The notes beneath the pieces are model-generated. The model had not been told where the DNA came from. It saw nothing but the letters and a program-made list of their open reading frames with translations, and ran no database searches. Both the position numbers and the translations under genes were made by a program. Shown piece after piece: positions 1 to 8,704 of a stretch of 48,984 nucleotides of DNA (positions are counted from its first letter, which is position 1; every line of letters starts with the position of its first letter). The DNA is taken from the IMG/VR virus record IMGVR_UViG_3300031837_000019. One strand, given 5' to 3'. Source of the DNA: a virus.

Positions 1-127
1 GGTTAATTCCTACCGCTGCAATGAGGATTTGCATGTTGCAATACCCTACCTGGGGGGTAGGATAAAGTGGGGATCCGACAGAGCGTTTTTGAGGTCACCT
101 CTTTTATTTTATAAAAAAATGAAGTTT
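1..127. repeat. terminal direct repeat, left copy (identical to 48858-48984)
   Basis: Read base by base: nt 1-127 equal the last 127 nt of the window, giving a unit length of 48,857 bp. Confidence 0.95.
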
Positions 128-152
128 CTGCATAAAATTCTTCGATGTGCTA

Positions 153-181
153 TTGACTTTGGCGGGGGAAATTTATATAAT
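153..181 (+). promoter_or_regulatory. sigma70-type promoter candidate (TTGACT-17-TATAAT)
   Basis: TTGACT at 153-158, 17-nt spacer, TATAAT at 176-181; faces the late arm. Confidence 0.6.
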
Positions 182-389
182 ATCTCTATAAGGGATAGAT
201 AGAGATATATAATATATATTAATATAATATATTTATAAATAAACAATTAAGATGTAAACAATAGATAAACTTAATAAGAGAATCTATTTACAAACACTAC
301 ATAAAGTAAAATTACAAATAAGTACTATAGATTGGTTTGTCTGACCAACGCCGTAGGCGGTGCTCGGGGGACACTTTTAATTATTGAGG

Positions 390-418
390 TTGACAGACTG
401 TAATGGATTTAGTATAAT
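390..418 (+). promoter_or_regulatory. consensus sigma70 promoter (TTGACA-17-TATAAT) upstream of terS
   Basis: TTGACA at 390-395, 17-nt spacer, TATAAT at 413-418; ends 18 nt before the terS ATG at 437. Confidence 0.75.
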
Positions 419-436
419 ATGAATATAGGGAACTGA

Positions 437-979
437 ATGGCTTATTTATCTGCTAAAAACGGTGACGAGAAGGCATATAAAGGCCGTAGAGACCTCACAC
501 CTAAAATGTTATCATTCATTAATGCCTATCTTGGTGCGGCTCAATACAATGCCCAAGAGGCTATTAAGTTGTCTGACTATCAATGTAAGTCAAAGTATTC
601 AATTGCTCGCACAGCCATCGAACTGATGGATCATCCCGCAATTCAGGCAGAAATTAAAAGACGTCTAGAAAAGCGAGAGAAGCAATCCGAGATCAGGGCC
701 GAGTACCTAATCAATAAACTCGTGGAGATTATTGATGACCTGGAAGGGCTTGAGAAGACCGCTGACAGGCTTCGGGCCATCGAGCTGGCAGGGAAGGCCA
801 TCGCCCTCTGGAAAGAGCGTCAGGAGGTCACAGGGGCCGACGGGGGGGCCATCCAGCACGAACAACACATAAAGGAATCCGTTGCAGACTTCACCAGCAG
901 AATTTCTAGCCTCTCTCAGCGAACAGGAACGGACAACGTTGTTAAATTCCCTGACGGACGAGGAGAAGGCGGAACTTAA
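437..979 (+). CDS. terS: terminase small subunit (positional call)
   Basis: 180-aa ORF directly upstream of and overlapping terL. Basic helical N-terminus (RRDLTPKMLSFINAYLG..AQEAIKLSDY) resembles small-terminase DNA-binding domains. Confidence 0.65.
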   Translation: MAYLSAKNGDEKAYKGRRDLTPKMLSFINAYLGAAQYNAQEAIKLSDYQCKSKYSIARTAIELMDHPAIQAEIKRRLEKREKQSEIRAEYLINKLVEIIDDLEGLEKTADRLRAIELAGKAIALWKERQEVTGADGGAIQHEQHIKESVADFTSRISSLSQRTGTDNVVKFPDGRGEGGT

Positions 980-2306
980 ATGGCATTGGCGTTTCTGGGC
1001 CAGACCCAACCAACTTGCCCCCGAAGGTCTGTGGAATACTTGGTTGGTACTGGCGGGACGTGGTTTCGGTAAAACCCGCCTTGGTTCAGAATGGATTAGA
1101 GAAAATGTCTGTGGAACATCACCCCTTACGGCTGCCCCCAACGCACCCAGACGGATTGCCCTCGTGGCTGAGACAGCCGCTGATGCACGGGACGTTATGG
1201 TACTCGGAGACTCTGGCCTCCTCGCTTCGCACCCGAAAGACCAAAGACCCGACTGGTCACCTACAAATCGTCGTCTTACGTGGCCCAATGGTACGGAAGC
1301 CTGGGTATATAATGCAACTGAGCCGGATCAACTACGGGGGCCGCAGCATGGTCTCGCCTGGGTCGATGAACTTGCTAAGTTCCGGTACATGCAAGAAACG
1401 TGGGACCAGCTTCAGTTCGGCCTTCGCCTTGGCCAACACCCTCGCTGCCTGATCACTACAACCCCCAGGCCGTTACCACTTATCAAGCGTCTTATGGGAG
1501 ATGCAGACACTGTGGTAACTCGTGGAGCTACACTGGACAACAAAGCCAATTTGGCTGTGAACACTGTAAAGCAACTGTACGAAAGATATGGTGGGACACG
1601 CCTTGGAAGACAAGAACTCCAAGGTGAAATCCTCTCAGACATCCCAGGAGCTCTCTGGAATAGAGACATGATTGATGCTGCACGTCTTAAAGAACCTCCA
1701 GCAGACCTTGAAAGGGTATATGTGGCAGTTGACCCAGCGGTATCAAACAATGAACATTCCGACGAACATGGTATCGTTGTTGTCGGACTGGCTAGAGACG
1801 CCGAGGGCTATGCTCGTGGTTATGTTCTTGAAGATGGTTCCATGCGAGGTAACCCTGAAGAGTGGGCTCGTAAAGCAGTAAGTCTATATCGTCTTTGGTC
1901 CGCAGATAAAATCATTGCGGAAAAGAATCAGGGTGGTCTTATGGTTGAAAGCACCCTCAGGGCTATTGATCGGTCCGTCCCTATCGAACTAGTGAATGCC
2001 AGTAGGGGTAAGGTTGTCCGTGCTGAACCAATCAGTGCTCTATATGAACAAGGTCGGATTCATCACTGTGGCGCATTCAATGCACTTGAAGATCAGATGT
2101 GTCTCTTTTCTGTGGACTTCATTCGTTCTGCTGCTAATGGTTCCCCTGACCGCGTTGATGCTCTCGTGTGGGGACTTACAAAGATTTTTGACAAGTTGAC
2201 TGGTCGTCGACTAACCGCTGAAACTGGGCCGACTAAACAACAAATTGAAGACGGACAACAAATTGATTGGGTTCGTGACACTGCAACAGGGTGGATGGCT
2301 GGTTAA
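882..2306 (+). CDS. terL: terminase large subunit
   Basis: WHWRFWARPNQ motif, Walker A-like LAGRGFGKTR, Walker B-like LAWVDELAKF, C-terminal nuclease-like VAVDPAVS..DEHGIVV..DRVDALVW. Track start is TTG at 882 (alternative TTG at 939). Overlaps terS by 98 nt. Confidence 0.9.
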   Translation: MQTSPAEFLASLSEQERTTLLNSLTDEEKAELKWHWRFWARPNQLAPEGLWNTWLVLAGRGFGKTRLGSEWIRENVCGTSPLTAAPNAPRRIALVAETAADARDVMVLGDSGLLASHPKDQRPDWSPTNRRLTWPNGTEAWVYNATEPDQLRGPQHGLAWVDELAKFRYMQETWDQLQFGLRLGQHPRCLITTTPRPLPLIKRLMGDADTVVTRGATLDNKANLAVNTVKQLYERYGGTRLGRQELQGEILSDIPGALWNRDMIDAARLKEPPADLERVYVAVDPAVSNNEHSDEHGIVVVGLARDAEGYARGYVLEDGSMRGNPEEWARKAVSLYRLWSADKIIAEKNQGGLMVESTLRAIDRSVPIELVNASRGKVVRAEPISALYEQGRIHHCGAFNALEDQMCLFSVDFIRSAANGSPDRVDALVWGLTKIFDKLTGRRLTAETGPTKQQIEDGQQIDWVRDTATGWMAG

Positions 2307-4561
2307 TGGCTGCAATAACTGACAATGAAAAGCCTGTAAAGAAGAAGATTCAGAATCTTCGTCTACCGGACCTCATTGACGTTGAACCAGTAAAGAATAA
2401 GTATGTACCTGAGGGGTTTGACTCTCAGGAGCAGTTCATTGATCAAATGCGTGCAGAGTATCAGCACAATCTTGACTTTGATCGTATTAATCGCTACGAG
2501 GCGATGGATGATCTTCGTTTCGCTGCCGGTGAGCAGTGGGATCCCGTAGTCTTGCAACAGCGTAAATCGCTTCCGTGTCTAGTCATTAACACTATACCAC
2601 AGTTCACTGCTCAACTGGTTGGTGATTGGCGGGAGTCTAGAAAAGCCATTAAAGTTGTTCCTAGTAATAACGAGGATACCGACGTAGCATCCATCCGTGA
2701 GGACTTGGTGCGTAACATCGAAATGCAATCTCGTGCTGATCGTGTTTATGATCAGTCTTTTGAATCTATGATTCAGTGTGGCGATGCTGATTTTAAAGTA
2801 ACGGTTGAGTACGCAAGAGATGATGTATTCGATCAAGAAATTCGTATTCGACCCATTGAAGACACGATGGCAGTTGTCTGGGATCGCTTCTCTGTGGACC
2901 CTACCGGACGAGATGCCCGTACTGTCTGGGTTGATGATCGCATCCCCAAAGATGAGTTCTCCCGTAAGTGGCCACAAGCTGGTGGTGGGTCAAATCTCCT
3001 TGAGGTTGATAAGGTTGATCGTATCACCCTCGCTGGATGGCAAGATGAGTATGCTTATCGTGTGACCGAATACTGGCGTATGATTGAACGTCAAAAGACA
3101 CTTGCCCTCTTCGAGAATGGCAAGATGTATGAAATTGATGAAACTAACGAAGAGCAGATCATTCAAGCAAATGGTGCTCCAGTTAAAACACGCATAGTGT
3201 GGTGCAGGTATGCTCAGATGCATTACTGCACTGGTTGGTGCATTCTAGCTGGTCCATATGAATATCGTATGAATAGACTACCCGTTATTCGTATGTCTGG
3301 TCGTATCGTTAATGTGGCTGGACGTCGGGTACGGTACGGTCTGGTTCGGTTCATGAAGGACCCGAGCCGACTGAAGAACTTTTGGCGGTCTATCGCAGCT
3401 GAGCAACTCGGCTATGCCCCGAAGGCCCAATGGTTGGCCACCCAGTCTGCGATTGAGGGACGACAAGACGCCTTTAGACGGGCGCACTTGACGCGTGATC
3501 CGTTGCTGATTGTCAATGATGAGGCCGTCATCGGACAAAACATTCAACGAATTGAACCTCCCGCCCCCCAAGCAGCCATCTTCCAAGAGGTGGCCATGAA
3601 TACCCAAGACATGAAAGATGTCAGTGGTATTCAAGATGCGAGTCTGGGTATCAGGTCGAATGAGACATCTGGCCGGGCAATCATGAATCGTCAACACGAA
3701 GGTGATATCGCTAGCCAAACCTACTATGATAATGCGGATGCTGCTCTTCTGGAGGCCGGAGATGTAATCAATCAACTTATTCCACAGATTTATGATGGAA
3801 CCAGAGTTGTTCGTCTTATCGGTAAAGACGAGAGTATTAAATTCCAGAGGATTAATGACCCAATGGACCCGCATGCAGTTGATTTAGGTATTGGTATATT
3901 CGATGTTGCTCTGTCTACTGGTACGTCTTACACGACTCGTAGGGTTGAGGCTGGTCAAGCTATGATGGATGCCATTCAAGTTTGGCCACAGCTTATGGAA
4001 ATTGCTGGTGACCTTGTAGTTAAAGCTCAAGATTGGCCTGGGGCAGAAGAATTGTCGGAACGTCTGCAGAAGACTGTACCCCCACAGTTCCTTAGTCCAG
4101 AAGATCAGCAGAAGCTCCAACCACCTCCCGTGTCTCCACAAGTTGTGCAACAGATGCAACAGGCACTGCAACAACTACAACAAGAGAATACACAACTTAA
4201 ACTTGATAAGACTATTGAATTCAAGAAACTTGAGGTTCAGTCTTATGAAGCCACCACTAAACGTATTGCCGCCCTTAATCAGGATCGTGGAACTGAGTCC
4301 CCAGACGATATGGGTGCTCTGAATAGTATCCTGACACATGCCGCTAAGGTTGATGAGCAAGACATTCAACGTGCTCAACTTGAGCACAGTGTTGTTATGG
4401 ACCATGCCAAACTTGGTCTTGAACATCAAAAACTACAGGTGCAGCAACAGCAAGTTGAGAACCAACATGAGGTTGCACTTAAACAAGCTTCGACACGACC
4501 TGCCCCAACTGCTCAAGCTGGCGGGTCGAAAAAGTCGCAATCCAGTAGAGCAAACGGTTAA
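2306..4561 (+). CDS. portal protein (P22-type, with long C-terminal coiled-coil barrel)
   Basis: About 750-aa ORF after terL; TAATG stop/start overlap at 2304-2308 favours the ATG at 2306 over the track start at 2291. Q-rich C-terminal helix QQMQQALQQLQQENTQLKL. Size and position fit a portal. Confidence 0.8.
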   Translation: MAAITDNEKPVKKKIQNLRLPDLIDVEPVKNKYVPEGFDSQEQFIDQMRAEYQHNLDFDRINRYEAMDDLRFAAGEQWDPVVLQQRKSLPCLVINTIPQFTAQLVGDWRESRKAIKVVPSNNEDTDVASIREDLVRNIEMQSRADRVYDQSFESMIQCGDADFKVTVEYARDDVFDQEIRIRPIEDTMAVVWDRFSVDPTGRDARTVWVDDRIPKDEFSRKWPQAGGGSNLLEVDKVDRITLAGWQDEYAYRVTEYWRMIERQKTLALFENGKMYEIDETNEEQIIQANGAPVKTRIVWCRYAQMHYCTGWCILAGPYEYRMNRLPVIRMSGRIVNVAGRRVRYGLVRFMKDPSRLKNFWRSIAAEQLGYAPKAQWLATQSAIEGRQDAFRRAHLTRDPLLIVNDEAVIGQNIQRIEPPAPQAAIFQEVAMNTQDMKDVSGIQDASLGIRSNETSGRAIMNRQHEGDIASQTYYDNADAALLEAGDVINQLIPQIYDGTRVVRLIGKDESIKFQRINDPMDPHAVDLGIGIFDVALSTGTSYTTRRVEAGQAMMDAIQVWPQLMEIAGDLVVKAQDWPGAEELSERLQKTVPPQFLSPEDQQKLQPPPVSPQVVQQMQQALQQLQQENTQLKLDKTIEFKKLEVQSYEATTKRIAALNQDRGTESPDDMGALNSILTHAAKVDEQDIQRAQLEHSVVMDHAKLGLEHQKLQVQQQQVENQHEVALKQASTRPAPTAQAGGSKKSQSSRANG

Positions 4562-4580
4562 AGGACCGCAAATAACCTAA

Positions 4581-5570
4581 ATGAGTGAGACCCAAGTAAC
4601 TACTGAAGTTCAATTTGAGAATACAGATGATCTTGACGCTTTCGCAAGTGGCTTCTTTGGTCAGAAGCAACCCGAAACTACCGAGACCAAGGTAGAGGTG
4701 GAACAAGACAATGAAACTCAGACTTCAGAAGAAACCGAAGCTCAAGTTAATGATGAGCAGGACGAAGCTGAACTTCAACAAGAAGTTGTTGAAACTCCGA
4801 AACGGAAGACTGTTCAAGATAGAATTGACGAAGTAGTACGTCAACGTGAGGACATTCGTCGAGAAGGGCAGAATCAAGTTGCTGAACTTCTCAAACGAAT
4901 TGAACAACTAGAAAAGGGCACAAAGCCAGAGGTTCAAAATCAATCCACCGAACAGTTGGTTGATCCTAATGAGCCCAAGCCTGACGCACTCAAAGAGGAT
5001 GGTTCTCCTGTCTATGCCTTGGGTGAGTTTGATCCGCAGTACATTCGGGACCTGACCCGTCATACGCTCCAACAAGAGCGCCAAAGGATGGAAGTTGAGA
5101 ATGCTCAAGCTCAACGCCAAGCTGCGGTTCAACAAGAGCAACAAGCCCTTACGAACCAGTGGAACACTAAGTTGGCTGATGCTGTGAAAGAGTACCCCGA
5201 CCTTGAAGAAAAGGGTCGCGCAATGCTTTCTCAGTTTGATAACCTCGATCCTAATTACGCTGGTTACCTTACCCAAGTCTTGATGTCTATGGATAAGGGT
5301 CCTGACGTTCTGTATTACCTGTCTAATCACCCGGATGAAGCACAAACAATCGTAAACAGTGGCGCACAAAGAGCGACCCTCGCACTGGGTCGGATTGAAA
5401 GTCGTTTCCTTCAGGGTGAAAAAGAGGCTCCGAAACCTAAGATCACCAAAGCCCCTGAACCGCCTCGTCAACAGGCTAGAGGAACAAATGGTGCTTATGT
5501 GGCGAACCCCGATACCGATGATCTGGGTGCCTTCGAGAAGCAATTCTTCACGAAGGCCAGATACGGATAA
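4581..5570 (+). CDS. scaffolding protein (positional call)
   Basis: Acidic, Q/E-rich 329-aa ORF with a coiled-coil look, lying between the portal and capsid genes. Confidence 0.65.
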   Translation: MSETQVTTEVQFENTDDLDAFASGFFGQKQPETTETKVEVEQDNETQTSEETEAQVNDEQDEAELQQEVVETPKRKTVQDRIDEVVRQREDIRREGQNQVAELLKRIEQLEKGTKPEVQNQSTEQLVDPNEPKPDALKEDGSPVYALGEFDPQYIRDLTRHTLQQERQRMEVENAQAQRQAAVQQEQQALTNQWNTKLADAVKEYPDLEEKGRAMLSQFDNLDPNYAGYLTQVLMSMDKGPDVLYYLSNHPDEAQTIVNSGAQRATLALGRIESRFLQGEKEAPKPKITKAPEPPRQQARGTNGAYVANPDTDDLGAFEKQFFTKARYG

Positions 5571-5600
5571 TATACCCACTCATAAATAGGAGTATTGTCT

Positions 5601-6983
5601 ATGACTACTGGTGGCGCTAACGTCACAGTTGATCAGGCAAAACTGGTTCTAAACTCGTTTGCCGCGATCTTCCAAAATAATCTGACCTCTGCTGAGCTCG
5701 TAACTTGGCGGAAGTTTGATAATGAAATGAACGACCGAAATAAGTTGACTGTCGTTGAACAAGTTGTGCCGCGTTACCTCGTGACCCATACGGTCAATGG
5801 GGTTAACAATCTCACAACTAACGACGTGCAGAATACCGTCTTCGGTTCGGAACAATACCAGGTGGCCGACGTGTTCGGTTCCAGCATGGGTTGGCAAGAC
5901 TTCGTAAAGATTCAAGACATCGGTGCGGCTCGTGAAAGCGAAGCGCTCCGTGGTGCCGCTCTGAACCTCGCTGAACAGATCGATGCCTACATCTTGAATT
6001 TTGCCACTAATGCCTCCAACAACTGGCTTGGTACTCCTGGTGACCCCGTCTCTCAATACAATGACATTGCTTCGGGCTATACCCGCCTGAAGGAAGAGGG
6101 TGTTGAGGATACGGACTTCCGGGCTGTGCTTAACTATTATGACCGACAGGCACTCGGTGCGAATATTGTTAACCAGCAAGGCATTGGTGCTTCCTTTGCT
6201 GCGCAGGGTAACTCCTCGCTTCCTGGTGTGGCCGAAGGTGTCTATCGTAAGGGCTTCTCTGGTGACATTGATGGTATCCCCACCATGTTCACCCAACAAC
6301 TGCCCACGAATGCCATCGGTTCCCGTAATGCTTCTGATACCGCCATGGATGGTGCTAATCAGTACAGCGATTACGCCTCTGTGGCCATCTCCACTGGTCC
6401 TGGTCTTCGTCTTACCCAGACGATCCAAGTGACTGTTGGTGTTGGTTCCGAGACGGTCAAAGATGGTGAAGTGTTCACTATCGCTAATGTGTACGCCTGG
6501 GATAATCGCCTCCAAGCGGCTCTTCCTCACTTGCAGCAATTCCGAGTGATCGGTAATTATACTGCGACTTCAGGCGTCATTGCTGCGATGACCATCTTCC
6601 CCGCCATCGTTGTGCAGGGTGCCAGCCCCAGCGGTTCGGACTATAATACCATTGCTAACAACACCGCCAATGCGACTGTTGACTCGATCCCCGGTTCGAC
6701 TGCTGCCATTACCTTTGTCGGTACTGCCAGTACTAATGTCCGTCCTCGTGTCATTCTGTCTAAGGATGCGATTGTTGTGAATACGGCTGATCTGATCATG
6801 CCGGCGACTGGTATCGGTTCTCGTAAGTCTCTTACCAAGGTTCCTCTGTCGGTCCGTATGTGGCAGAACTCGGTCTTCTTGACTGGTGAACACCAAGTAC
6901 GCTTCGACGTGGCTCTCTCGGCTAACGTGGTGGATCGTCGTCGGATTTGCCGCATTAACGGCACTTCTGGTACAGACGTTTAA
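5601..6983 (+). CDS. major capsid protein (positional call)
   Basis: 460-aa ORF after the scaffold gene. TAGGAG lies 8 nt before the ATG at 5601 (track start 5595 is a TTG). A strong stem-loop follows the gene. Confidence 0.7.
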   Translation: MTTGGANVTVDQAKLVLNSFAAIFQNNLTSAELVTWRKFDNEMNDRNKLTVVEQVVPRYLVTHTVNGVNNLTTNDVQNTVFGSEQYQVADVFGSSMGWQDFVKIQDIGAARESEALRGAALNLAEQIDAYILNFATNASNNWLGTPGDPVSQYNDIASGYTRLKEEGVEDTDFRAVLNYYDRQALGANIVNQQGIGASFAAQGNSSLPGVAEGVYRKGFSGDIDGIPTMFTQQLPTNAIGSRNASDTAMDGANQYSDYASVAISTGPGLRLTQTIQVTVGVGSETVKDGEVFTIANVYAWDNRLQAALPHLQQFRVIGNYTATSGVIAAMTIFPAIVVQGASPSGSDYNTIANNTANATVDSIPGSTAAITFVGTASTNVRPRVILSKDAIVVNTADLIMPATGIGSRKSLTKVPLSVRMWQNSVFLTGEHQVRFDVALSANVVDRRRICRINGTSGTDV

Positions 6984-6994
6984 CCACACTAATA

Positions 6995-7021
6995 GGGGAG
7001 GGTCCTTTGTGGGCTCTCCCC
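6995..7021 (+). terminator. stem-loop after the capsid gene (attenuator or mRNA stabiliser)
   Basis: GGGGAGGGTCC-tttgt-GGGCTCTCCCC, about 11 pairs including 2 G-U, starting 12 nt after the capsid stop; no U tract follows. Confidence 0.5.
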
Positions 7022-7037
7022 ACCTTAGGAGAAGCTA

Positions 7038-7634
7038 ATGACGAACCCTACTACCGCTAATATTGCAATTCACCCTCAGGATGGTTGGGTCGAACTCGCT
7101 TCAGGCGGGGCCACAGCTTTTCTAAGGGTTAGTCACGTCCCTAACCATGTACCGTTCTTTCTCTATGTTGGATCGTCTGCACCATCCACATCTCCCGCAG
7201 TTGCGACCGGTTCTGTTGTCTTTGCAACAGCTAACCCAACTAATGGTCAAACGGTCACAATTGGTACTGAAGTCTACACATTCGTAACATCTGGGTCCGC
7301 ACCTTTTGACGTTGTTATCGGTGCTACATATCTTCTGACTGCAACTGCTTTTGCTGCGGCCGTTAATGCTAACTCTCAACTTGTTACTGCCGTAGATACT
7401 GCTGGCTCAGTTGCTCTTACTGCCATTGCCTCTGGTCCATCTGGAAATTACACTGTGACTTCTGCCGCTACGGATGTGACTGCTACTAGTCTGACTGGTG
7501 GTGCTCTCGCTAATGGTGGTTTCCGTATTGATTGCAGTTCAGTTCATTTTGATGGGGCCTATTCTGGTAACCTGTACGGCCGCATTATGAACAACTCTAA
7601 TGACAAGATTGTAGTTTCAGTCTGGCAATTGTAA
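7038..7634 (+). CDS. virion protein of unknown role carrying the shared Ala/Thr/Gly module
   Basis: 198-aa ORF with SD AGGAG upstream. Contains GQTVTIGTEVYTFVTS..AAAVNANS..VALTAIASGPSGN, a module also seen in the 8682 and 10010 gene products. Confidence 0.55.
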   Translation: MTNPTTANIAIHPQDGWVELASGGATAFLRVSHVPNHVPFFLYVGSSAPSTSPAVATGSVVFATANPTNGQTVTIGTEVYTFVTSGSAPFDVVIGATYLLTATAFAAAVNANSQLVTAVDTAGSVALTAIASGPSGNYTVTSAATDVTATSLTGGALANGGFRIDCSSVHFDGAYSGNLYGRIMNNSNDKIVVSVWQL

Positions 7635-8420
7635 ATGTCTACACCCATTACAAGCATTATCACATCTGCATTACGTGAAACGAACCTAGTCCCTCTAGGT
7701 ACGACACCTAATACTAATCAAATTAATGAGGCTTTTCAACTCCTATTGACAGTCGTTGAGTCAGTGCTTGGTAATGAAATGGGTGAGAATCTTGTTCCGT
7801 TCCCACTGGGACAAGACAATATCGTATCCCCGGCGGGATATCCTTGGTGGTCTAATTCCTTGCCGGGGAATGTCTTCCTACAAACCAACATGCGTGTGAT
7901 GTGTAACCTGACCGCAGAAGGTTTCGTAAATCTACATCCGAAGCCACATGACGGTGCTCGTATGGGTATTGTTGATGTATCTGGTAATTTCGCTACCAAC
8001 GAGTTGACCATTTATGGTAATGGTCGTCAAATCGAAGGTGAGTCAGAGATGACTTACAATACCGACGGTCAGATGCGTGAATGGATGTATCGTGAAGACC
8101 TTGGTAATTGGGTAGTTACTAGTCCGATTGAACTCACTGGTACTATGCCATGGGGTCCAGAGTATGATGACATGTTCATCATTAAATTGGCTATGCGACT
8201 TAACCCGCGTTACGGCCAGATCATGCACCCTGCATCTATGCAGACCCTTAAAGAGGTGCAGACTAAGTTCAGTGCCCGGTACAGTCAATCTACTACACAG
8301 ATGCCAGCAGAGAATGGGCTCATCTATCTCACCCACTGGCAGCGTTACTGGGGTTACGGTGCTTGGGGTCCGTACTATGGTGATCCGAATGCTCAGTTCC
8401 AGTCGGGTTTTCCTTATTAA
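7635..8420 (+). CDS. structural protein, possible head-to-tail adaptor
   Basis: 261-aa ORF abutting its neighbours in the morphogenesis block; no motif recognised. Confidence 0.45.
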   Translation: MSTPITSIITSALRETNLVPLGTTPNTNQINEAFQLLLTVVESVLGNEMGENLVPFPLGQDNIVSPAGYPWWSNSLPGNVFLQTNMRVMCNLTAEGFVNLHPKPHDGARMGIVDVSGNFATNELTIYGNGRQIEGESEMTYNTDGQMREWMYREDLGNWVVTSPIELTGTMPWGPEYDDMFIIKLAMRLNPRYGQIMHPASMQTLKEVQTKFSARYSQSTTQMPAENGLIYLTHWQRYWGYGAWGPYYGDPNAQFQSGFPY

Positions 8421-8704
8421 TGCCATACAGCAAATCCAAGGAAAAGCGTCTTGCAAGAAAAGTTCACTGGCCCGATCTCAGGTATGGACCTAACGGGGAA
8501 CAGAGGCTATTCTACTCTGCTGATGAAGTTCCATTAGGCTGGTCTGATAAAAAGTATATCCCATATATAAATAAACCGATCATACTTCTTAATAGAGACG
8601 AACTTGTGGCTGAACTGACTAAACGTAATATTAGAATTGATCCCACCTGGGGTACCGCACATATGAAGAGGCTTATAGACAGTGACACAAGTACCGCTCG
8701 GTAA
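8420..8704 (+). CDS. small AT-rich ORF with HeH/SAP-like motif
   Basis: 94 aa; LNRDELVAELTKRNIRIDPTWGTAHMKRLI resembles HeH/SAP helix-extended-helix motifs. Markedly lower GC than the flanking genes. Confidence 0.45.
   Translation: MPYSKSKEKRLARKVHWPDLRYGPNGEQRLFYSADEVPLGWSDKKYIPYINKPIILLNRDELVAELTKRNIRIDPTWGTAHMKRLIDSDTSTAR

Noticed and set aside
213-226. Shared 14-mer tatatattaatata at 213-226 and 42842-42855, near two promoters
   Set aside because: Both lie in extreme AT-rich, near-palindromic low-complexity tracts where such a match is weak evidence. Noted only as possible unwinding or UP-like sequence.
882-979. Programmed frameshift fusing terS and terL (98-nt overlap)
   Set aside because: I saw no slippery heptamer. 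The terL N-terminal sequence (EFLASLSEQER..WHWRFWARP) looks like a normal independent N-terminus, with AAGGAA before the TTG at 882.
5649-6539. Long antisense ORFs opposite well-supported genes: 5649-6539, 4908-5579, 3278-3874, 707-1288, 23769-24290, 32745-33194, and others
   Set aside because: Each lies wholly inside a longer ORF with recognisable motifs or a clear operon position. Their products are low-complexity or Arg/Ser/Leu-rich, typical of shadow ORFs.
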